Of a DNA stretch of 64,000 nt, positions 56,506 through 64,000 are shown in pieces (position 1 is the stretch's first letter; each line of letters begins with the position of its first letter). A model generated the notes under the pieces. That model did not search any database, was not told the origin of the DNA, and saw only the letters and a list, made by a program, of their open reading frames with translations. The position numbers and the translations under genes were made by a program. This stretch comes from an uncultured Acidobacteriota bacterium (GTDB lineage: Bacteria > Acidobacteriota > Terriglobia > Acidiferrales > UBA7541), in the NCBI GenBank assembly GCA_963811815.1, contig CAWEST010000005.1, positions 72,177 to 136,176 of the forward strand, given 5' to 3'.

Positions 56506-56838
56506 ATGCGACTTGGGATGGGGGTCCCAAAGACGATAGCGGAGCGACGCGAGTCGCGAATTCCGATGGAAGTAAGCGTCCAGATCACCGGGCATCTCGC
56601 GCTGCCGGGCACCGAAACCACATTCACGGATAATGTTAGCGCAGGTGGAGCGCGCGTCTGGAGTACGCGCCGGTGGACACCGGGCGACCGGCTCACCATT
56701 GCGACGCTCACCGGTTCATTCAAGTCCCTGGCACGCGTAGCGTACTGTCAGTTAGTCCCGGAAGCGGGCTTTGCCGTCGGGGTCGAATTCCTGGAGTCGA
56801 GGGACGGCTGGGTAATAGGAAATATGTCCGCCGCGTGA
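56506..56838 (+). CDS. PilZ domain protein
   Basis: RRESRIP ... DNVSAGGARV c-di-GMP-binding motifs. AAGGAGG SD. Confidence 0.85.
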   Translation: MRLGMGVPKTIAERRESRIPMEVSVQITGHLALPGTETTFTDNVSAGGARVWSTRRWTPGDRLTIATLTGSFKSLARVAYCQLVPEAGFAVGVEFLESRDGWVIGNMSAA

Positions 56839-57147
56839 TTACTGCACAAACCCGACGTTGGGTTCTGGACCTGGGCCGGGACCTTCGGGAAGCATTCCAA
56901 ACTGCTCTTCAAAACGAGACACATTTTCCTGCAGAGCTTTTGCCAATCGCTTCGCGTGGGCGGGGCTGAGGATCAAGCTGCCCACCAATTTTCCGTGGGG
57001 GACGCTGGGAAAAAGATAGATGAAATTCAGGGTGAACTCTTCCGCATTGTGGTGAACAACTACCAGATTTGCATATTGTCCGAGTAATTCCTTCTCGTCA
57101 GCCTTAATCTGGACTTGCTGTTGCTGCGGTTTCGGCGTTTCAGCCAT
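56839..57147 (-). CDS. DUF3467 family protein
   Basis: LLGQYANLVVVHHNAEEFTLNFIYLFP...LILSPAHAKRLAKAL. ATG at 57147 is preceded by AAGGAGGG. Confidence 0.8.
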   Translation of the reverse strand: MAETPKPQQQQVQIKADEKELLGQYANLVVVHHNAEEFTLNFIYLFPSVPHGKLVGSLILSPAHAKRLAKALQENVSRFEEQFGMLPEGPGPGPEPNVGFVQ

Positions 57148-57270
57148 CACTACCCTCCTTGGAATCACATCAACTATAGCAGAGGCGGAGAAGCAGTTCC
57201 CGGCGATTTTTGGAATGCGTATGCCCGGAACGGTTGACCTGAAACTTAGTTAAGCGTAGTTTATATCGAG

Positions 57271-57288
57271 AGTTTAGCTAGGTTAACT
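57271..57288. promoter_or_regulatory. Imperfect 18-bp palindrome AGTTTAGCTAGGTTAACT abutting the start codon of the NRAMP-like gene; candidate operator
   Basis: 14 of 18 positions are self-complementary. A second half-palindrome CTTAGTTAAG lies at 57245-57254. Confidence 0.3.
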
Positions 57289-57289
57289 C

Positions 57290-58723
57290 ATGGACAGGCC
57301 CAAAACCGAGCCTCACGCTGCCCCGTTTATCCACGCGCACCCCACCACGGAATCCGCCGCCGCATCTTCCACGGCGCCCGAGCTCGCGGGTCTTTTAACT
57401 CATGAGGATGTGGATCGCGCTCGCGACCGCTGGCAGGTAGCTCGCGCCCGGCGGAGAGGTCGCGGAGCGCAAGACTTTCGCGGTGTGCGCCTGCTGTGGC
57501 TATTAATCGGGCCCGGAGTTCTCGTTTTTCTGGGTGAGAACGATGCTCCGAGCATGCTTTCCTATTCGGCAGACGGCGCGCGCTACGGAATAGGATTTTT
57601 CATACCGTTTGTCATCCTGACTTTCGTGATGGGATTCATCGTGCAGGAAATGACGGTGCGTTTGGGAGCCGTCACTCATCGGGGTCACGCGGAATTAATC
57701 TTCGATCGCTTCGGAAAGTTCTGGGGGTTTTTTGCCATGGGGGATTTAGTCCTCGGCAACTTTCTGACGCTGGTGACGGAGTTCATCGGTGTGCGCGCAG
57801 GTTTAGGTTTTTTCGGCATCCGGCCGGCGATCGCGGTTGTAGGAGCGCTTGTAATCGTGGCGGGCGCGATCACGACGGGCCGTTATTGGACCTGGGAACG
57901 AATCACGCTGGCGCTGGCGATCTTCAACGGGCTTTTCATCCCGGCGGCGATCCTGGCACGTCCGAATTGGCATTCGGTGGGCCACGCGCTGCTGACGTGG
58001 ATGCCGCTGCCCAGGGGAAGCCACTACGAAATTCTGCTACTGATCCTGGCAACGATCGGCGCGACCGTGACGCCCTGGATGCTTTTCTTCCAGCAAAGCG
58101 CCGTGGTGGACAAGGGCATGCAACCACGCGACATCAATGCAGGCCGTTTCGACACAATTCTAGGAGTTGTCCTGGCATCGGTGTGCGCCATTGCCGCAAT
58201 CCTGGCCACGGCGCCGTTGTTCCACCACGGTATTGATGCTTCGAACTTTCAGGGAGCGCAGTTCGCGGAGGCGCTGGAGCCTTGGATCGGACACACCGGC
58301 GCGGCGCTTTTCGCGCTGGGAATTTTTGAAGCGGGGATCGTGGCGGCCATTGCAATTTCTACTTCTTCGGCTTACGCATTCGGCGAGGTTCTGCAAACAG
58401 GGCATAGCCTGAATCGCCCGTTGCGCGATGCGTGGCCTTTTTACTTGGTTTTGTTGGGTTCGGCCGCTGCGGCCGCGGCACTGGTGCTGATTCCGCGTTT
58501 TCCACTCGAGTTTGTAGTGCTTACCGTGAACGTGATCGCGGTTCTCGCCATGCCTCCGGCGCTCGCGTTTCTACTGCTGCTAGTGAACGATCGAGAGGTG
58601 ATGGGCGAGTACGTGAACGGCACGTGGGCCAACGTGGCAGGTGTGACCGTGACCGTGCTTTTGATCTGCGCGGGAATCGGATTTGGCCTGGCGACGGTGT
58701 TCCCGAAGTTGCTGGGAGGCTAG
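57290..58723 (+). CDS. NRAMP/SLC11-family transporter with non-canonical metal-site residues
   Basis: The family pattern is GPGVLVFLGENDAPSMLSYSADGARYG and IGATVTPWMLFFQQSAV. Canonical DPGN is replaced by DAPS, and canonical A..MPH by ATVTPW. Confidence 0.85.
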   Translation: MDRPKTEPHAAPFIHAHPTTESAAASSTAPELAGLLTHEDVDRARDRWQVARARRRGRGAQDFRGVRLLWLLIGPGVLVFLGENDAPSMLSYSADGARYGIGFFIPFVILTFVMGFIVQEMTVRLGAVTHRGHAELIFDRFGKFWGFFAMGDLVLGNFLTLVTEFIGVRAGLGFFGIRPAIAVVGALVIVAGAITTGRYWTWERITLALAIFNGLFIPAAILARPNWHSVGHALLTWMPLPRGSHYEILLLILATIGATVTPWMLFFQQSAVVDKGMQPRDINAGRFDTILGVVLASVCAIAAILATAPLFHHGIDASNFQGAQFAEALEPWIGHTGAALFALGIFEAGIVAAIAISTSSAYAFGEVLQTGHSLNRPLRDAWPFYLVLLGSAAAAAALVLIPRFPLEFVVLTVNVIAVLAMPPALAFLLLLVNDREVMGEYVNGTWANVAGVTVTVLLICAGIGFGLATVFPKLLGG

Positions 58724-58765
58724 GCTGGCGCGAGGGGCGGGTGTCATTTTTGAAAGGACGGAGAA

Positions 58766-59023
58766 TTGGTGAAGAGAGAATTGAAACCTAACATTGAGCC
58801 GGTTGCCCTGAGCGGGGAGCAGCCGCATCTCGAAGACCCGCGGGTGGTCTTGTCGCTGCTCGAAGCGGACCAAGTAGTAGCGGCCAAACAAAGAATGCGC
58901 TTCGGCCGTCAAAAGCTTTCGGGGGGAGTGCGAGCGATGCTTTGGGGCTTGCGCATTTACGTGGTGGTGATGCTGGTGATTGTCTTCATTTCGGTGCTAC
59001 GCGCAATCCAAGCGGCGCACTGA
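58766..59023 (+). CDS. Small C-terminally membrane-anchored hypothetical protein
   Basis: TTG/GTG start 43 nt after the transporter stop. C-terminal TM is LWGLRIYVVVMLVIVFISVL. No family recognised. Confidence 0.4.
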   Translation: MVKRELKPNIEPVALSGEQPHLEDPRVVLSLLEADQVVAAKQRMRFGRQKLSGGVRAMLWGLRIYVVVMLVIVFISVLRAIQAAH

Positions 59024-59172
59024 GTGCCAATTTCGCGCCGGGGTTCCAGCGGACCTGCCGGGCGCGTTTTTCCCGGCACGTTGCGTGATCTGCTACAATT
59101 CGAAGTCCCCGGCCTGCGTGCGAAAGTGTTTTTTTGTGACATTGAATTTGCGCAACGGTTTGCACCCCATCC

Positions 59173-59678
59173 ATGACTCCCGCTAAAAATCCAGAACCGC
59201 CAAAGCGGAAATTGCTGCTAGGCGTTTCCGTTGTGTTCGTGATCGTGGCCGCGGCGGGCTCCATCATTTTGTATGCAACGCGCGATTGGAACGCCCCAGC
59301 GGCGGCGAGAAAGTATTCAGAATCCCGTGCCGCCGACGGATGATTCCATCACCGCGGGAATGATGAGCTACTCAACTCACTGCCAGAGTTGCCACGGGGA
59401 GAGAGGGGACGGTAAAGGCGAGCGGGCGGGAAAAGCTTTCCATTGCGCCTTCGGATTTTACGGATGCGCACGCGATGGGCCAGATGACGGACGGCGAGCT
59501 TTTCTGGAAAATCTCGCACGGGCGGCGGCCGATGCCCGGCTTTCAAAACAAACTCACGGAGCAGGAGCGGTGGGAATTGGTGGATTACATTCGCACGCTG
59601 TCGCAAAAACCTGCCAGCGGTGCGGCGCCTGCCACAAATGCTGCACCACAAACAGGCGCTGCGCCGAAAAAGCAATAA
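59173..59678 (+). pseudogene. Membrane-anchored class I c-type cytochrome disrupted by two +1 frame changes
   Basis: Frame 1 gives MTPAKNPEPPKRKLLLGVSVVFVIVAAAGSIILY...AARK, with a stop at 59341. Frame 2 gives IQNPVPPTDDSITAGMMSYSTHCQSCHGERGDGKGERAGK. Frame 0 gives LSIAPSDFTDAHAMGQMTDGELFWKISHGRRPMPGFQNKLTEQERWELVDYIRTLS. The switches are near 59311-59315 and 59431-59435. Confidence 0.75.
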
Positions 59679-59709
59679 GCGACTGGGGCAAGGTGGGTCG
59701 CGGCTTGCG

Positions 59710-60174
59710 TTAATTTTTCAACTTGGCAAGCGCGTCGGAGACTTCCTTGACGTCCGGCAGAGTGGGGATGTCGTAGTTCTTGAACCAGGCGATTTTCCCC
59801 GAGCGGTCCACGACGGCGATGGCGCGTCCGGTGATCCCTTTGTCGGCCAGGTATACGCCATATTTTTCGCCGACGGCGCCGCGCGGCTGAAAATCGGCGA
59901 GAAGCGGATATTTAATTCCCATTTTTTCGGCGAAAGCCTTGTGCGACCATGCGCTGTCAACACTCACGCCCAGCACTTGCGCGTCGAGCTCTTCGAAACG
60001 CTTCATATCGTTCACCAGACAGATGTGCTCATTCGTGCAGACCGGACTCCAGTCGAGAGGGTAAAACACGATGACCACATTCTTCTTGCCTTGAAATTCC
60101 GAAAGCTTTACTTCTTTCTGGCTCTGATCCTTCAAGGTGAAATCCGGAGCCGCAGCACCCACTGAGATCGCCAT
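59710..60174 (-). CDS. Peroxiredoxin (AhpC/TSA family, AhpE/Bcp-like)
   Basis: VVIVFYPLDWSPVCTNE peroxidatic Cys motif. 154 aa. Confidence 0.88.
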   Translation of the reverse strand: MAISVGAAAPDFTLKDQSQKEVKLSEFQGKKNVVIVFYPLDWSPVCTNEHICLVNDMKRFEELDAQVLGVSVDSAWSHKAFAEKMGIKYPLLADFQPRGAVGEKYGVYLADKGITGRAIAVVDRSGKIAWFKNYDIPTLPDVKEVSDALAKLKN

Positions 60175-60351
60175 GCAAAATCCTCCTGTTCGCTCGCGCG
60201 AATTAAATAAGGACAGTTTTCATCCAGGGGACAATGATAGCCGAAGCCGCCGGAGCAGACAAACATCGGCAGGTTCGTCCCACGCCATTCGGCTCTGCAA
60301 TCTGCTAGGATACGATTTTGCGGAATTTGTGAAGGGAGCGTATCGAGGAAA

Positions 60352-60972
60352 TTGGCTCGCATTTCATATCGCGAGGCGTATCCGAGCCTTCAGATTTTGC
60401 CGCGCAGCCGCAACTGGTGGGCGCGGTTGAAGGGAGCTGCTCCCGAATGCGTTCATTTGGACGAAAATATAAGTTGGATTGCGGCGGTTTTACCGGACAC
60501 GTTGTACCTGCGCGGGAAAAGGGCGAACAGAAGAGAGCCGGTGCGGCCAGAAGTCTCGGTTTGCTTTGAATGTTTAAGCGACACATTCGCTTCAGAACTT
60601 GAGTCGTTTCCCGGACGTGTAGTAGCGTTCGAACCGGACCCGGCAATTTTCACGCAGTATTTTTTCGTGGCGACAACGGACTTCGAGGCCGCGGGATTGG
60701 CGCCGGAAACATCTACCGCGATTAACGCGCGCCTGGAGAGAAGCAGCGAGACGTGCCGCGAATGCTCCCAGGGAGCGACTTGGCTATGGTTTTCGCAGGA
60801 GCAAATTCCCAGTCTGGACGAGGTCGAGCTCATCTCGACCGCGCCCGGAGAAGTTTTTTGCGGAAAACACGGCGCCAGAAAGCTATTATCCGCATTCGAG
60901 AAGTTGGCGGAGGCGAACATTTTTTACATGAATCTTCCGTACGGCGACGCAGGCGCGTACGTCTGGATCTAA
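60352..60972 (+). CDS. Hypothetical protein with two CxxC pairs
   Basis: 206-aa ORF. VCFECLSD ... TCRECSQG ... FCGKH. No family recognised. Confidence 0.5.
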   Translation: MARISYREAYPSLQILPRSRNWWARLKGAAPECVHLDENISWIAAVLPDTLYLRGKRANRREPVRPEVSVCFECLSDTFASELESFPGRVVAFEPDPAIFTQYFFVATTDFEAAGLAPETSTAINARLERSSETCRECSQGATWLWFSQEQIPSLDEVELISTAPGEVFCGKHGARKLLSAFEKLAEANIFYMNLPYGDAGAYVWI

Positions 60973-60974
60973 CG

Positions 60975-61229
60975 ATGAGCCTGAAAGAACTGGTTGAAAA
61001 ATATCTGGCAGCGGCGGGCGGCTACGGAAAGCCGGTGTCGATTGCTGCGCTGGGAATTTCACGCGAAGAAACGGAGCGGGTTTTCGACTTTCTGGACGAG
61101 GACTACCACATCAGCCGGTTCTTTCATTTTCAAAATGCCGCCGGCGCCGGTTCCGGCGCCAGTTTTCAGATTAACGGATTTCCGCAGACTCACATCTCGA
61201 TCGACGCCGAGATCCGCGACATTCTTTAG
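60975..61229 (+). CDS. Small hypothetical protein
   Basis: ATG at 60975, 2 nt after the upstream TAA (MSLKELVEKYLAAAGGYGKPVSIAALGISREETERVFDFLDEDYHISRFFHF...). No family recognised. Confidence 0.45.
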   Translation: MSLKELVEKYLAAAGGYGKPVSIAALGISREETERVFDFLDEDYHISRFFHFQNAAGAGSGASFQINGFPQTHISIDAEIRDIL

Positions 61230-61257
61230 CGCCGCGAGATTTGGCCGGCGTCATCAC

Positions 61258-63384
61258 CTACCAGACGTGACAGACCTTTTCAGGCGGCTTCACCATGGGC
61301 TGCCCCGCTTTGCAGGAGAAGGCGGCGCCGAACTCCGGCATGTTCACCACCACGCCGTTGATGCGGTACTTTCCCGGGGAGTGTGGATCGGTGATTGCAT
61401 TTACCCGCTCATTCTCGGGGCGATTATTTTCGCAGGCCCATTGCGCAAAGCCGACGAAAAAGCGCTGATCGGGCGTGAGTCCATCGCGGTCTTTCAGCGT
61501 CATGTCCTTGGTGGCGTCCTTCCAGGCGATGTAGGCCAGAATCGTTCCGCCAAGGTCGGCAACGTCCTCGCCTTCGGTCAGCTTTGAATTGATGTGGATG
61601 TCGTCCACGACGACGTACTGCGCATACTGGTCCACGACGCAATCGGCGTGTTTCACGAATTGATCGGCGTCTTCCTTGGTCCACCAGTCTTTCAAATTCC
61701 CCTTGGCATCGAACTGGCGGCCTTCGTCGTCGAAGCCGTGGGTCAACTCGTGGCCGATGGTGGAACCGGTATTGCCGTAGTTCGGAGCGTCATCCAATTT
61801 GGCGTCGTAGAGAGGAGGTTGCAAAACGCCAGCGGGGAAATTGATGTCGTTCATTTGAGGATCGAAGTAGGCATTGACGGTGGGAGGCGTCATGCCCCAT
61901 TCGCCGCGGTCCACGGGTTTCCCAACTTTGTTTAACTCGCGATGAGTTTCGAACTCGGTGGCGCGCAGGTTGTTACCATAAAAATCGTTGGGCACAATTT
62001 TCACCGAGCTGTAATCGCGCCAAACGTCGGGATAGCCGATTTTGTTACGAATGGCGCGCAGCTTGGCCAGCGCCTGCTGCTTGGTTCCGGGGCTCATCCA
62101 ATCCAGCTGCTGAATACGCAGCGCCATAGCGTCTTCGATGCGCCTGGTCATGTCCACGGTGGCAGCTTTCAGCTCGGGCGAGAAAGTTTTGCGAACGTAT
62201 GCCTGTCCCAAAGCTTCTCCGAGATCGCGATCGATGTCGCGCACGCAACGTTTCCACCGAGGCTGAAGCTCCTTGGCGCCGCGCAGGTATTTGCGGTAGA
62301 AGTCGAAGTCCTCGTTTACGAAGGCGGTGGACAAATAGGGCGAGCGGGAATTGGCAACATGAAACCGAAGATAGGTCTTCCAGTCCTGGAGTGATTCTGA
62401 TTGCAGTTGGGCATCGACGTCCTTAAAGAAATCCGGCCAACCCACATTCAAGATTTGGAATCTGGGGACGCTGCCGGCAGCGAAGTAGGCGTTCCAATCG
62501 AAGTCCGGCGCGATTTTATAAAGGTCCGGAACGCTCATCTTGTGCTTCTCTTTGTAGGGATCGCGGCGCTCGACGCGGGTAAGCGAGGCCTTCGCAAGAC
62601 TGGTCTCCATGCGCATCACGACGGCGGCGTTGTTCTTGGCGGTATCCGGCGAATCACCCAGAAGTTCAAATACTTTCTGAACGTGCAGCAAATAACGCTC
62701 GCGGGTTTCTTTCGATTTGGCGTCGTCTGTAAGGTAGTAATCGCGGTCGGGAAGCCCGAGGCCACCCTGCGAAACGTTGATGATGACTTCATCAGAGTTA
62801 TCAGGGTCCTGGATCGGCCTGGCGCGGAAAAGAACTGAATCCCCTCTAAGCTGGAGAGTTGCGATCAAGACGGCGAGGTCTTTCGTGCTCTTGAGGTCTT
62901 GAATCGCCGACAGGTCCGGCTTCATAGGGCTGGCACCCAGCTTTTCGATTTCCGTTTCATCCATGCAAGAGGCGTAATAGTCGCCAATTTTCTGGGTCAC
63001 CGCGTCGCGGTCCTTGGCTGTGGAGGCTTCTTCGAGAATGCCGCGGAGATAGTTCAGATTATCTTCGTAGAGTTTGCCGTAAACGCTCCAGGAAGTTTGG
63101 TCGGAGGGAATCGGATTCATTTTTCTCCACCCGCCGCAGGAATACTCGTAGAAGTCCACGCAAGGATCGGCGGTGCGATTCATGGCCGCGGGATCGAGAC
63201 TGGGCGTGTAAGGAAGCACGGGCTCCGCGTGCTGCGGCGAGGCTCCGGGGGCTGAGTCCGGTGTCGTGAGTGCGGGCTTTGTCTGCTGAGCGCAAGTTGT
63301 AATGGCGAAGAAGGCAGTTATCCATAGGGCTTTCTTGAATGCCAAGGGAATCCTCCGAAGAACGGCTGAGCATACCAGCAGCAA
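61258..63384 (-). CDS. M13-family zinc metallopeptidase (PepO / endothelin-converting-enzyme-like)
   Basis: HELTHGFDDEGRQFD (HExxH), GEDVADLGG and a C-terminal ...CHVW. Signal/lipoprotein-like N-terminus. TTG start. Confidence 0.9.
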   Translation of the reverse strand: MLLVCSAVLRRIPLAFKKALWITAFFAITTCAQQTKPALTTPDSAPGASPQHAEPVLPYTPSLDPAAMNRTADPCVDFYEYSCGGWRKMNPIPSDQTSWSVYGKLYEDNLNYLRGILEEASTAKDRDAVTQKIGDYYASCMDETEIEKLGASPMKPDLSAIQDLKSTKDLAVLIATLQLRGDSVLFRARPIQDPDNSDEVIINVSQGGLGLPDRDYYLTDDAKSKETRERYLLHVQKVFELLGDSPDTAKNNAAVVMRMETSLAKASLTRVERRDPYKEKHKMSVPDLYKIAPDFDWNAYFAAGSVPRFQILNVGWPDFFKDVDAQLQSESLQDWKTYLRFHVANSRSPYLSTAFVNEDFDFYRKYLRGAKELQPRWKRCVRDIDRDLGEALGQAYVRKTFSPELKAATVDMTRRIEDAMALRIQQLDWMSPGTKQQALAKLRAIRNKIGYPDVWRDYSSVKIVPNDFYGNNLRATEFETHRELNKVGKPVDRGEWGMTPPTVNAYFDPQMNDINFPAGVLQPPLYDAKLDDAPNYGNTGSTIGHELTHGFDDEGRQFDAKGNLKDWWTKEDADQFVKHADCVVDQYAQYVVVDDIHINSKLTEGEDVADLGGTILAYIAWKDATKDMTLKDRDGLTPDQRFFVGFAQWACENNRPENERVNAITDPHSPGKYRINGVVVNMPEFGAAFSCKAGQPMVKPPEKVCHVW

Positions 63385-63472
63385 GCCTTGTGCGCTAGCT
63401 TGTGAAGGCGACTCAAACGGAAGGCGTCAGCAGATTTCGCCGATGAAGACACAACAAAGGAGCAGTGAAGTT

Positions 63473-64000
63473 TTACTTGGTAACAACGCTGGAGCGCTGG
63501 AGGCGATCGGCCAGAGCTTTGTGCTCGGTGCGAATTTCGTCCGGCAGGCGGTTGCCAAATTTCTCAAAGAACTTTCCGGTAGCAGCTACTTCCTCGGACC
63601 AATCGCCGGGATCCACGCGAAGCAATTCATCAAGGGCCTCGCGCGAGATTGCAAGGCCGTCCAGGTCGAGCGAACCGAGAGCCGGAACATCGCCGATGGG
63701 GGTCTCAGCGGCTTCCGCGCGCTCTTCAATGCGGTCGAGCATCCATTTCAGGACGCGTACATTTTCGCCGTAGCCGGGCCAGAGAAATTTTCCGCTGCGA
63801 TCCTTGCGGAACCAATTCACGTGGAAAATCTTGGGAGCGTTTTCCAGACGGGAACCCATCTCCAGCCAATGCCGGAAATAATCGCCCATGTTGTAACCGC
63901 AGAACGGAAGCATGGCCATGGGATCGCGCCTCGTGACGCCTACTGCGCCGGTGGCAGCGGCGGTGGTTTCAGAAGCCATGGTGGCGCCGACGAAGACACC
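63473..64000 (-). CDS. pckG: Phosphoenolpyruvate carboxykinase (GTP), C-terminal part; continues beyond the window end
   Basis: ...MLPFCGYNMGDYFRHWLEMG...IFHVNWFRKDRSGKFLWPGYGENVRVLKWMLDRIE. The frame stays open to base 64000. Confidence 0.88.
   Translation of the reverse strand, partial: GVFVGATMASETTAAATGAVGVTRRDPMAMLPFCGYNMGDYFRHWLEMGSRLENAPKIFHVNWFRKDRSGKFLWPGYGENVRVLKWMLDRIEERAEAAETPIGDVPALGSLDLDGLAISREALDELLRVDPGDWSEEVAATGKFFEKFGNRLPDEIRTEHKALADRLQRSSVVTK

Noticed and set aside
1-64000. Search by eye for tRNA/rRNA genes, CRISPR repeats, transposases, integrases, phage genes and toxin-antitoxin pairs.
   Set aside because: None were recognised. The window looks like core chromosome rather than a mobile or defence island. 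Small RNAs cannot be excluded without tRNAscan-SE or Infernal.

Overview
The window reads as a gene-dense, moderately GC-rich bacterial chromosome segment. Its gene content looks Acidobacteriota-like: Ser/Thr kinases fused to TolB-type propellers, an acidobacterial-style VWA protein, and many TPR/TonB-domain envelope proteins. That taxonomic call is inference only. About 60 CDS are supported, mostly housekeeping or metabolic: trxB, proline dehydrogenase, ddl, arginase, asnS, metH, GH57 glucanotransferase, bioY, M13 peptidase and a partial GTP-PEPCK. I recognised no rRNA, tRNA, CRISPR array, transposase or integrase by eye.

Items worth a second look:
- An orphan secretin with a 7-blade FG-GAP propeller inserted into its barrel domain.
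- An FTR1::DUF2318 fusion with MacB-type ABC genes, a P19-less version of a known iron-uptake module.
- A two-gene 'split MetE', preceded by a 0.9-kb non-coding region that carries an oriented CGATT motif array.
- A predicted pseudokinase fused to a complete TonB-like periplasmic module.
- A tandem pair of thymidylate-kinase-like paralogs. One has a Lys-to-Arg P-loop; the other is interrupted at an A7 run where a -1 shift restores the frame.
- A complete CysM/JAMM/CysO/MoeZ sulfur-carrier cluster plus a CDGSH protein.
- An NRAMP-family transporter that lacks the canonical Asn, Met and His metal-site residues.
- A c-type cytochrome gene broken by two frameshifts.

All family calls come from motif reading of the supplied translations. 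No database search was run.
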